This document shows, piece by piece, positions 47,977 through 59,723 of a stretch of DNA of 64,000 nt. The notes below the pieces were generated by a model that saw nothing but the letters and a program-made list of their open reading frames with translations, did not search any database and was not told the DNA's origin. The first letter of the stretch is position 1, and each line of letters begins with the position of its first letter. The translations under genes were made by a program, and so were the position numbers. The stretch is from Zygnema circumcarinatum SAG 698-1b (taxonomy: Eukaryota > Plantae > Zygnematophyceae), in contig CM074809.1 of assembly GCA_037447605.1 (NCBI GenBank), forward strand, positions 1,912,689 to 1,976,688, written 5' to 3'.

Positions 47977-50900
47977 ATGGAACGACGACAGAATGGGTTC
48001 GAAATGCACGTTGCAGAATTTGGAAGGCAATTGCGCCAGCTTCAGCTGCAAGCGGAGCACGTCTTATTAGTTGGTAAAGCTCGTTGTGAGAGTCGAGGGA
48101 CGCGACCTGACGGGGGTAACTTAATGAACATTCATTCTAGTACAATAAATTCGACTCCTTTACCCAATAACGTTGGAGAAAAGCCAGCACTAAAAGATGA
48201 CAGGCTCTTTACATCTCCGTCAGAAAATCAGGTGCAGTCTGTCAGTTTTGGCAAGCTTCAAAGAATTGGGAATCGGAAGATGCAGATTGCCGCAAGCACT
48301 TGTGAACAGAGTCAAAGTGTGCCAGGGAAGCTTTCTTATTGCGCAGCCTCCGAGCATCTCTCACAAGTGAAAGAAAATTGCACAGGACCTCAAACCAGTA
48401 TCTCTGAGAAACAACCGAGGCGACAGCAGCAAAAGCTAGAAATGCTTCCATTATGGGAGAGGGACGATGGCAGGTTGCGCCAGTATGCTTGGGATGGCAG
48501 AAAAATTTGCTTGGTGGACTCCTTTGATCACTGCAATGATCATGAGAGCCCAGCTTGGAGCTTTCACGACCGCTTACAACGGTCTTTTCGTCAACTCAGT
48601 CGCATAGTCAAGTCAGCCATAGCACCACGTGACGTAGACCCTTCATACTGGTCTTACGTGCGTTGGAAGTCCATCCAAAGGACGATTAGCTCACTCCTAC
48701 AAGTGCATGCAACGCAGGTATTTGTCACCTTGGTTGACTACTTACCTACATTCTTCATATCTGATCCGTTCGTAGGATGCTGTGTCTACCGTGCTTGCTT
48801 GACTTGGATGCCGCGATTCGATTGTGTATGCTGATACTAACACGTACGGTTTATTCATAACATACCAATTGGTGCTTGCAGTCTTTATTACTTGCTGTTG
48901 GTGTGGGGGCCAAGCGAACGCTACCAACAGCAGCAGGCTTAACATGGGTTCTGAAAGATGGCCTTGGCCGGCTGGGTCGTCTCTCCTATACGGCAGCTTA
49001 CGGCCGAACATTTGACTGTCACTTGAAGGTGAGGTGAAGTGTAGTGATGCTTTTTCATGCCGTGAACAGTTTGGCCAGATTGTTTGAAGACAATCTTTTA
49101 GGGAATTTTGTCTTTCATGCTAACCACCTGATTGAAGAATAGCAGCTAGTAATGGCCAGTACAAAGTGAGTACGGGAAAATTCTACGAGCACCCAGCTCA
49201 GGCTAACCTTGGTGCCTGTTTGCTCTCTGGCAATTAATCTGAGAGTGTGGGGTTATATGGATTGCAGCGCGTTCGGTTTGGGACATCCGTCTTGTTCACT
49301 GCAAGCTTAGGGCTGGAGATGCTGACTCCCTTGGCACCAAGACATTTCCTCCCGTTGGCCACATTGGCCAATGTGGGCAAGTCTATCAGCCTTGCAGCGT
49401 ACCTTGCCACCACTGTACACACTCTCAGCTTCAGCCCCTGAACTTGCATGTATGAACATGTGTGAACATTCTACCTCATGCAAGTTTCTTATGCTTTTTT
49501 CCTTCCTTCATGTCCTTGCAGCCAGCAGTTCACAAGACCTTCGCTCTAGTCGACAATTTAGCTGACATTTCTGCTAAAGGCCAGGTAGTATGTGTTCCCA
49601 CTGGATTGTCAGGCTGCTCCTGGTAACTATCATAGCCTCGTTGTTCTCCAAGGTTCGAACAGTTTGCAGCATATCCGAGCTGCTTTCGTATTCTATCACC
49701 GACGCAGTCGGACAGTAGAATATTAATTTTGCTGGTTAGAGGGGGCCATTTGTGTGGAAGTGTGGGCGCCACAGGCACAAACGGTCGTGGCAGACAATCT
49801 TGGGTTGGCGTTAGCCATGATTCTAGGGGCTGCCTGTCGGAATAATGAGCGGTCAGCAGTTTTCACCAAACCTGTAGTATATTACCAACCTGTATGACCT
49901 TCTTTTCGTTGGCCATCAATGGGTTTCTTTAGTATGAATGACTATTGATGGGGTCGTTCCCTTTATAGACAGCATGTCTCTGCCAACTGACGTTTCTTTC
50001 CTCTTGAATGGTGGCGGTTGGCAGCGTGAGAGCAGCTCTCCCTTTGGCCGTATTCCCAGCGCTGGCAGTACTGGACGTGTTCGCCATACAGCAGGAGCTC
50101 CGAGCTGTGCCTTTGCGGAGCTTAAATAAGGCAAGAAATGCCCCTCCCTTAACTAATCATTACGTTCTTTGCGAGATGAGCACCGTGTTGAGTGGTGTTC
50201 CACAGATGGCTGCCACAATCAGTAGTGGTTCTCAATCATTCGAACGTTCAGAGGCTAAACTTATGCACGGGCATCGTGTGTTTTCTGTTTTAAGGCTGTA
50301 GAACTCACTCGTGTACTTTACCCTGTCTAGTGTCCTTTTGAAGAGTTTCTCGAGTTTTGCGCGCTTCTGCATGTTTGGATTGTTCATTAAGTGAGGAAAA
50401 TGAGGATAGGGAGAAGTTACATATTACGCAAGGTTGCTTGTCTCATGGGTACGTTTTTAGGAATTTTGTTTGATTCTGCTTTAGGACTTTTTAGGATTTT
50501 TAGGACTAAAGGCCTGAAGGCTTTTTCAACACAGAGTCCTGGTTTTGCTGCCATGCTTGATGCAACGTGCTGATGCACATATCAGCTGTGCATGTGCAGG
50601 AGAGGCTTGAGATGGTTGCACAGGCATGGCTGAAGGATCACCAGATACCTTCCGCTGAGCAGATCAGTCAGAAGGAAAATCTGTTTTTCCCGGACATACC
50701 AGGTGCACTTTGACGACCACCTGCAGAATATCTGCATGCATGAGCGGTAGTGGGTGCGGTAGAGTGCTGCCTCTCAAGGTTAAGCATGTACACATGGCTG
50801 GGTTTAGTAAAGCTGGGCCATCGTCAAGGGGGCAGAAGGGAAGGAGACTATACCCGAACTCCTGCAAATGGACACTTTCTGTTTTTCATTGGGAAGGCAT

Positions 50901-52372
50901 CTGGGATCCACTCTTATGGTTTCACTCACTCCGTAGTACGATGATCTTTATTTGCAACGAGTAGGAAAATGCATGTGTCACGAGATTTGTGATCTGAGAA
51001 TTTGGTTCAAACTTTCTCCTCTACTATTGTTTAACAAGGTTGAATGGTATACAAAACGTTGGTCTTTTTCCCAAAAGCCTTCCATGACTTCCCTCATTGT
51101 AAAAGTGAATGTGGGTGTCCCATGGGGATGGCAGGGAGGAGGGGCCCTCCTTTGCATCTTGGGCCAATCGCGTTGCAGGCCGCACAGCCGCACGAGCTCA
51201 GGGCTCGTGTGGAGGATTATTGCGGCGTTCCCTATGTTCTTTCACTTTGCCGCAGGAAGAGACCCTTTTGGCTGCACAAAATCCTTCCTCCCACGGTATG
51301 CTTTGTGCTCCGTCTGTCTACCACGAGGGTTTGTTCGTTTGTGGGGTTTTTTTTTTTGTTGTTGTTTCAGCTCTCTCATCAGAATGCTGCGGGGGTAACT
51401 TGTGGAAGATGCATTTCTTTCTAAGGTCATCTTGGTGACTCTTGTGCTCCCTGTTAGCCGTATGTGCTTTCCAATGTTGCCCATGTTCAGTGCCCCTTAA
51501 CTTTGTTTACCTACTGTTCAGCTGCATTTGTATGGTTCACTGCCGCATGGGAAGTTTCCTGGTCCCAAAGTTTGGGAGGTGTTTCTTGATAGCATTTTCC
51601 TCCCAGAGCATGCAGCAAATGAGAGGAGGTAAGGCTTTCCCTTTGCTTATTAGACGAATTCGGAGGCAATGCTTGGTAATAGTAGCCTGTCTATGGATGA
51701 CTAACAGGAAAATACTGGTTGTGTTGTAAATCATTTTGGCCACAGTCGCAGCTTGTCCTCTCCCTGCGCGAGGATGCCAAAGCGAACGACGTAATGCAGG
51801 GCGTGTTGCAGGTGGGCGTCTGAATAGTCCTTCTAGAATGCCCCCCTGAAGTGAGATGCGTTTTCATGAAGTGGCTGCTTTGTTTTATTGAAATCCTCTT
51901 CCTTCGTGGCTACACTCTGAGAACTCTCCTTAGTGAAACTACTTTGATGGCTGCTTTGTGGGTTTCGACTGTTGGCTGTTGAGTGAAGGAGCGTGAGAGG
52001 ACCTCCTTGTCGAATGGCATTTTCCAAGGATAGTGCTCATAATCTGCTTTGCGATGGAATGTGTAGGCGAGTCATTTCCGAGTGTTAACTGAGCGAGCAG
52101 GGAATGATCCGACCCACATGACTACACAGCTACACGTTGAAGCCAGGCCATGGCTGAGATCTAAGAGGATGGAAGGCTTCGATGTCAGTGAAGCCGAAGT
52201 GTGGGAGGTGATGCTGAGAGAGAGCAGAAGATTGGCAGAGAGGGATCTGCCGCTGTTCATGGAGGAGTTGAGAACTTCGGGATGGCACGCGCAGCGAATA
52301 TTGTTGACACCCCGAGAGCAGCAGTCCTTTTCAACCGAGCCCCCCGAAGACAGGCTGCTACTAAAGGCTTGA
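47977..52372 (+). CDS. RUS4: ROOT UVB SENSITIVE family (DUF647) protein, RUS4-like; 5' end uncertain
   Basis: SYWSYVRWKSIQRTISSLLQVHATQ; RVRFGTSVLFTASLGLEMLTPLAPRHFLPLATLANVGKSISLAAYLAT; DNLADISAKGQ; LRAVPLRSLNK-ERLEMV; ELRTSGWHAQRILLTPREQ. These match recalled At2g23470/RUS4. Confidence 0.88.
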
Positions 52373-53339
52373 GAGTCAAATTTCGGTCAACAATATTCTT
52401 TGTTTTCATAGCCAATTCGCATACAGCAGAATTGGTTGTCATTTTTTCTATTGTTCTTTTTTTAGAATAATGAAGAGGGGACGACTTTCGGTTCTTATGA
52501 ACTTTGTGTGATGATCCAGACTGCTGTTTAATACTTACGCCATGTGTGCATGGGGAACCGCAGTGCATATTGGAAATTGGGCATTATTACAAGGGGCACA
52601 ACATTTCAGTATTTTCGGTTTCCTTGTTTTCATTAATTTTGGAACCAAAAACGGATTGGACAGACACGAAATCCTAACCCTCAAACCAGCGACGATTGTC
52701 CTCGTCAAGGTGTGGCACAATCATTTTTCTAAAATAGAAAATCAAGCTTTGCACCAATTTACATCGACCGATTGAATGTAGAGTTTGGTACATAAAAAAG
52801 TTCAGGCTGCGATGCGGCCGCCCGACTGTCTTGAAGATTCGAAGTCAATAAAGAATCCCAAGACAGGTGTTCGCACCCAATGCCCTGAAGGAATTTATTT
52901 GACGGCTACAGAAGTGGAGCTCAAGAGCGGTCTTCAGTGGGCAAGAGAGGCGGGAAACGTGAAACCCTAAAATCTGCAATTGGACATTTCTTCATCCGCC
53001 AACTAAGAATTTGAGGGCTTTACTATACTGCCTGTCCTCTCAAACCGGAATCATTACAAAAGCGGCCTCAGCGCGCATCATTTCTCCAAGCTGCAGAATT
53101 ATTCAAACGGCCGTTTCTCTGTATCTATATATTACACAAAGGTGACGCTGAAATGATCATCCACGTGTTCTCTTTTCGCCAAAGAAGCACGTACGGACGC
53201 TTATTGCTCCTTCTACTGGACGGTCCCTGCTTAGCGCCTCATCCCTCGACCACCAAAAATATTACAGAGGAGGACCGCATCCGAGTCCTCCAGGTCCTCC
53301 AGGTCCCCCAGGACCCCCAGGCCCCCCGGCCCGCCCGCG

Positions 53340-53567
53340 CTAGTCCTTCTTCTGCATCTTCATCTCCATGAGGCGCGGCGGCACGCTCATGGCGCCGTCC
53401 ACGGAGACCGTGATTCCCGCCCCGCAGTCCTCCTGCGCCCACAGCTTGTCGTCGAACACGTTGTCCCCGCCGCCTCCCTCGCTGAACATTAGCGACGCCC
53501 CGACCAAGATGAGCACATTGCACGCCATTAGCGCACAGCACAGCCCCTCGCCGAAGCTCACCGTCAT
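53340..53567 (-). CDS. Candidate single-exon 75-aa protein with N-terminal hydrophobic segment, family unknown
   Basis: The ATG is preceded by GCAGC (-3 A) and the large majority of codons end in G/C. A (GA)n tract lies upstream and AT-rich sequence downstream. No recognised homology. Confidence 0.5.
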   Translation of the reverse strand: MTVSFGEGLCCALMACNVLILVGASLMFSEGGGGDNVFDDKLWAQEDCGAGITVSVDGAMSVPPRLMEMKMQKKD

Positions 53568-53576
53568 GCTGCCGGC

Positions 53577-53687
53577 CTCCCTCCCCTCTCTTTCCCTTCC
53601 CCCCTCTCTTTCCCTCCCCCCCTCTCTTTCCCTCCCCCCCTCTCTCTCTCTCTCTCCCCCCCCCTCTCGCCCTCTATCGCTCTCGCC

Positions 53688-53720
<33 letters not shown>

Positions 53721-53800
53721 GCACTCTCCCTCTCTCTCTCTCTCTCTCTCGCCCTCTCCCTCGCTCTCTCGCCCTCTCCCTCTCCCTCTCCTCTCTCTCG
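53577..53800. repeat. (CT)n/(CCCT)n low-complexity tract
   Basis: ctctctct/ccctctccc units read directly. It is (GA)-rich on the strand of the 75-aa ORF, just upstream of it. Confidence 0.9.
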
Positions 53801-55213
53801 CCCTGAAGCAAGGTCCCTGCGAAACTTTGCCTCGTCCACGAGACGTTCTTTTTTAGGGCAGGCGGAGGCCGCCCGGCGGGGCCGCGCTTCCGTCAAGGTC
53901 GGCGGTTGGCCCGCGACAGAAATCGTGCTGGCCGGGCGGGCGGGCGGTTGACAGCTACGACCAAAGGGCTTTTAACGGTTTCGCTGACGTAGCAACTGTC
54001 GTGCCTGCCAAATGTCGGTGGGCCCTGGACTCAGGAAAACGACAAATGTACAGGCTGTACTTTACAGCGGTTAGAACGGGATAGAGCTGCCCGAAAAATT
54101 CTAAAATTCTAAACAAGTGCGTTTGGCGTCGGGTGGAGAAAAGGTCTCGAAAGCTGGACAACGGAAAATTGGAATCTGCCCGTCAAACATTTTCGTGACG
54201 AAAAACATTTTCAGGCAACAAGAGTTGCTCGTTTCGTACAGTACGAAATGTTGACCAACCAATTGGAACAGGATTTTTCTACCAAGTTTTTTATTTGTTT
54301 CTCTTCTCTTTTAAGGAATTCGTTCCGTAAAAGAAATCGATGCCCGGGAATCCGGGCAGCTGTGCCACGTATCCGGCGGACGGCAAATCTTGAATTCCTG
54401 CGCGAAAAAAACAAAAGGTTCGTCGTTCGTCAAAAAGTCTTCGATTGGTCGCGAGAGCAAACGTACGAAAACCGTACGGAGTCGACCGTCCAGCTCTGCC
54501 GCCCTGGCCGCTCCCTCTCTCCAAGGGCCGCGGCCCACTGGACGCGGGTCCCGCGGGGACCACCGTACCGTATAAGAGGGACCCCAGTGACCACGGCCGG
54601 CCATGCGCCGCCTTTTTATGAGCCTGCGGGGTAAGCAGACAGGGGACCTCGGACTGGGGTCGGAGTTCGAGCGTGCCAGGTCGAAATGTAAGCCTCGGGA
54701 GTTGACATTATGGTTCGCCGAAGCGCAGTCGCCGTCAGATGTGCTCGACCTCTTGCGATCACAGGTTTGATATTGAAAGCAGGTTCAGGAGAAATCTGAC
54801 TTTCCCGTGGACACAGTCGGAGTACGAGAGAACTTGGTGGGATCAACCTAAACGAATCAGGTCTTATCCCCCCCTGGTGGAGATCCCCCGCAGCCATGCA
54901 TGCTTTCATTCTAAGACACAAGTCTCCTGAGCTTTCTAGTCGCCAGCAACAGCAACGAAACCGCAGCACGTGGCTGACAGCATGTTGCATTACTCATTCA
55001 GTACCATCCACGCAGAACATGTCTCCATAAGACAAGCATACTGGCTTCACCTTCCTATCGATCTCGTTTTCCTCATTGTTAAAGGAGCAGTTGACTACGA
55101 CATAAGTGAAATGTTGACCTACGATACAAAAAAGCTAAACGGTTCTATAGTCCGATCGCGCACTTCCTTTAGCTTCCTAACCCCGTGCACCCCCCAAACA
55201 GTCCGCAGGCGCC

Positions 55214-58200
55214 TCACTTCAGCCTTTGCTTACTGCGCCTCTTCAGCTCCTCCTGCCTCCTTAAAGAAACAGTCTGGTAGCCATTGCTCACGTATCTCGC
55301 GGCACTTTCCTCCCACTCTGCTCGTGAGTCCCATTCCATCCTCGTGTCGTCCCTGATGGCCTTCTGGAGGGGTCGAACAATCAAGAAGTACTGCAGCCAC
55401 TCACCACAAACAGGGTTAGAGATATCTCTTTCTGTCACCTTGATTCAACAATCGACGGGAAAACTTGAAAGAACGAAGTGCTTCCAACAGAGCTGCAGCC
55501 GTTGCTCGATTTCTGTGTGAGTTAATTTAGATATTTAGTTTAATGTTGTTTATTATTTATTTTCTTGCAGGAATGCGTTGGTGACGTGACAGCTACCATG
55601 GAAGCTTCTGGACTGATTCCAGTTGGTAAGTTCACTCTATTCCTGTCTTGGGGGTACACTTTCAATCACTCACAAATCCGAGCAATCCCTTAAATTTATC
55701 CTCATATCCTCCGACACTCCCTCCCCCTTCTCTCCGTCCCGCACCGCTCCCTTCCCTCTCCCTCTCCCTCTCCCTCTCCCTTTTCTAGGATCCTCACCCC
55801 ACCTTTCCCTCATGCCCCCTTATTTTATCCACAGCTGCAGCATGGAAGTCCACGGGCACATTCTTTTCTCGACCCGACCCTCCTGAATAACCTCAACACC
55901 TAAACCTTAACCTAACAACCTAAATAAATCTAAACAAGGGGTCATCTCTCTGGGGACATTAGGCACGCTATGTTTGATTCAGGACGAATAGCAGTCTGTC
56001 CATTCGCCAGCAACTCCCCTTACTCGCTCTTCCTAAACAATAGCGAGTGGAAGTGAAGAAATCTAATCCACGTGTCACAAAGAACGTGTTGGAACACAAA
56101 CAACATCGAGACCACTAAGGAGGATGAGTCTCAAGCTTTTGCCTCAACCATGACTTGATGGATATCACCCCTAAACGTGGCTTACAAGCTGTGAAAAGTT
56201 TGCAAATACCTGGAACACGACCAGCAGCGGAATGAACCATTTTCCGCGATTATTGGCATCCGGACCATCGATCAACCGCTGGTTGACGACCAACGGAGCG
56301 CCAGCTCGAGTAGAAATGTTCACAACTTCTTCAACCAGCTTTACCAGCCACACATCTCCGTTCGGAACCACCTGCATCCAGTGCATTTTGACAATGAAGA
56401 CGCTCATATGCGTATCGATGGCTCTGTCTGTGTATTCACTAACTGTAAATGTGGATGAAGTTGGGTCCGGCAAATGACATGATAAAAAATACTTGAAACC
56501 AAAAAAATGGGACTTCTTGCCAATTCCTTCCATGGCAGCGTCCCAAGAAAGTGTATCCTTGACAGTGGTCGAGATGGGGGACAAAATCGAAGTACAGCTC
56601 GTCTAAGAGCTGCAGCTTACTCTCAACATTTTGTGCAAAAGCAATGGGACAAAATTATTCTAATCAACGAAGATCGTCACCGGTGACTGCTCAAAGATGC
56701 ACAAGCTTACCTTTTCATCGTTCTCGTTCCTGGCACATCTACTGCTGTTCTCCACCAGCAGAGTAGCAGGCTGTACGCCCTTCCACTCCACCAATCAGTC
56801 AGTTAGGCAAAAATCTCATCTAGTAAGGCTTACGGACTTTTATGAATCTGAGATAAATCATCTCAGCCACTATTAGGCCACAAGAAATAATAGGTCATTA
56901 GAAGAGGTATTTAAGACCTGTACATCGCCGCCTCGTAGTCCAGCCTGTTGCTGCATCGCCTTACGGAGGGCGGTTCCTCGATATGATACGAAGTCGGCAA
57001 AGGAAGTGCCGTCACAAGGTGTCAGCTGTGCATGTGTCAACACAAGGGCTGCAATGTTCCATATCTGCCCATCCAATGCAATGGCGAGTACAATCCAAGA
57101 ACATTATTATCATGTCTAATTTTTGCATCTCCCAGTTTCCAAAGACCATATCAAGTGATCGTCAAGCAAGCATTGGCTCTCCCGCGTTATAGAACTACAG
57201 CCAGTTGATAATGACAGCGATGGCTGTTCTGTCCAAGGATCGTCTGTCTTCGTACAGAGAACTCTTACGTTTAGAGTCCATTAAATGTATGTGTTTGAAA
57301 TTAGCTACTTTATTGTTGGGTAGATGCAATCAAGTCAGTATAACAACTTAGAACTTCTGGCGGATATTTAGTTGAACCTCAGAAAACCCGTCAGTAGAAG
57401 ATAACACACCTGTGAACCGAATGTGCGAGAAATTTCCTTCATAACCTGTCGATCTAGATTATCCACGCGGTACGCATCTAACCGTTCCACATATAACATC
57501 ACATTGATCGTCTTGTTTTTGCAAAATCTGTGAGCCACGGAGCAACTTCACTTTTCTTTAGCATACAGCTGTATTCATGAGAAAGCAATTTGGCAAATTA
57601 ACAGCAAATGGGAAGTATGTAAGCCTTCTGATGCACGAGCTGAATAGAAGCGGTAAAAGTACTTACTCTCGAATGCGTGCTAAGTTCTGTTCATGCACGG
57701 CACCAGTTTCCACCAGGCCCGGCGTGTCAATGACGTTGATAACAAAGCCAGAGTGTCTGCGCGATACTAGAACTGGATGGGAAGTATCTGGCTGGCCTCC
57801 CACCATAAAGTTTAGAACACAGGTCAGAGTTGGCCATCATTAGAGCTAAAACAGTAGAGTCCTCAAACACAATGGAGGAGGGAACCAAAGGGAGTGGTGA
57901 CCTGAAGAGCACTTAAAATGCTTCAAAAAGAAGCTCATGGAACTCGTGAAAGCTCATGCCCGGTTGAACTCAACCCCATCAAAATACTGTCATGCTTTTG
58001 AGAGGGCCAACTTAACCATTTTCCACATGTACAAGTCGAGCCACACACTCGAAAAAGAAAGGCTGCAGCGCCTGAAGGTTAAAGCACTAATCCTCAACTT
58101 GATCGGATGATAGAATAGAATAACTTAACAACAGGACTTTTCATCACACAACGCCTGCAATGATTTGCGTGGGCTGAGCACCCATAGGGCAGAAGGATGT

Positions 58201-59030
58201 GAAAGACAATTTACCGCAAAAGCTCCTGCAGGACAAACTCGTTCTCCAAAAATCGAATTCACGGTCGAACTCTTTCCAACTCCACTCTTGCCAAGCAGTA
58301 AAATGGTTATCTCCTCCAAATTCTGCGGAATTCAACGACCCACAGTCGGTTGCAAGAGAAAACAAGCAAAGAAGGGCTCCAGCAAGAAGGTCACATGACT
58401 CAAAATGCCAACCACTCAGTCTTCATAAGGAAACCCGAATCTAAGACATGTCCCCTTAGAGCAGCTTTCCTGAAAGGGCAACACGAGTTGCCCTAAATGT
58501 TTCGCAGAGAGCAATTGGTCTATTTAGCAATTAATCTCTGCTATCTTAAAGTCCACATAAGAAATAGAGGATAAGATTAGTGTGCGACTTCTGCTTATGT
58601 CCAGTACGAATAGGCTTAGAAGCGTTACAACCACATGACTGGTAACGGGAAAAAGAGGGAGTAAAGCAATAAACGCCACTATGTAGGCAAGTCAGTCGAC
58701 CGCGTCACTCAAGACAACTGGCAGCTGGTTTTTTGTGTTATTGCTCCTCAACTCGTCCCCAGCTACCTGTGACTAGTCCAGGAAGCCCTTGCTTCTCCCA
58801 TAGACTGCGAGCCCTTTCCCACACGTCCTGTCCAAAACCGCGCTTATTTTTTTAAAGAACTTCAGCCCAGAGTAAAGACCTCCTCCACACGAGGCCCGCT
58901 AAAACCCTCCGTCAGGCGACAGACCAACCTTTTCACGCAGTTGGTTTAACAGGGAAGCGAGCGCGGTCTGCGTCGTGGTAGGAAAAGTCTGAATGCCGGT
59001 CCAATCTCGCGATGGCACGGACATGGCCAT
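55214..59030 (-). CDS. TOC34: Translocon at outer chloroplast envelope GTPase Toc34/33
   Basis: Exon 1 MAMSVPSRDWTGIQTFPTTTQTALASLLNQLREK; P-loop ITILLLGKSGVGKSSTVNSIFGERV; INVIDTPGLVE; KTINVMLYVERLDAYRVDNLDRQ; LTHAQ; VENSSRCARNENDEK; DGPDANNRGKWFIPLLVVFQYFLIVRPLQKAI. Confidence 0.93.
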
Positions 59031-59723
59031 GGCGCAGACCCTGTTCCCCCTCCCCAGGTTTCAGTTGCCAACTCACTAATCATGATGTCTACTCCCTGCT
59101 CAAATCTTCGAAGAAACAAACGCTCAAACCTCTGAAACCGAAGCGTCGGCAGAGTTCCAAACCCCTGAGACCACTAAAACCCCTAAATGGTGTCAGAAAC
59201 GAAACGGTGGCAGCGCAAGCTCGCATGCCATGGCGGTAGCTTACCTCTTCCTTCCTTACAGGCTACTTGCTGCAGAAGGAAGAGCCTCCGAGCAGGCAGG
59301 CAGGAGCACACCTCCCTCCCTCCCTCCCTCCTCTGCTCCAAAACCTCGATAGCCTGCCACACCGCCCCGGCAGCTTTGCCTTGCCAGGGTTCAGGGCTGC
59401 CCTCACGCGCACTGGCTTGACGGGCATCGAATCGCCAGACGCCACGTGGAAAGTACCGCCACGCATTTCCATCCGATCCTCGGCGCCGTTAGGGTTCAGG
59501 GAAACCGCGTCGCGTCGAGTCCTGTACTGGGAGGGGGCGCGTTTGGCTCCGACATTTCTATGTGTCAGTCTCACAGGAATTTGGTTTAACAAGACTCTGA
59601 CAGATTTCCGGTTTCCATGAATTGCTCCAGTGTTTCCAAAAATCTGGGAGCGCGGCGACGCGGTGGCCATAGTCAGCTCTGCGCTCCTCCGCCTTGCTGC
59701 CTCCCTGCCTGCGCTCGGCAGCC

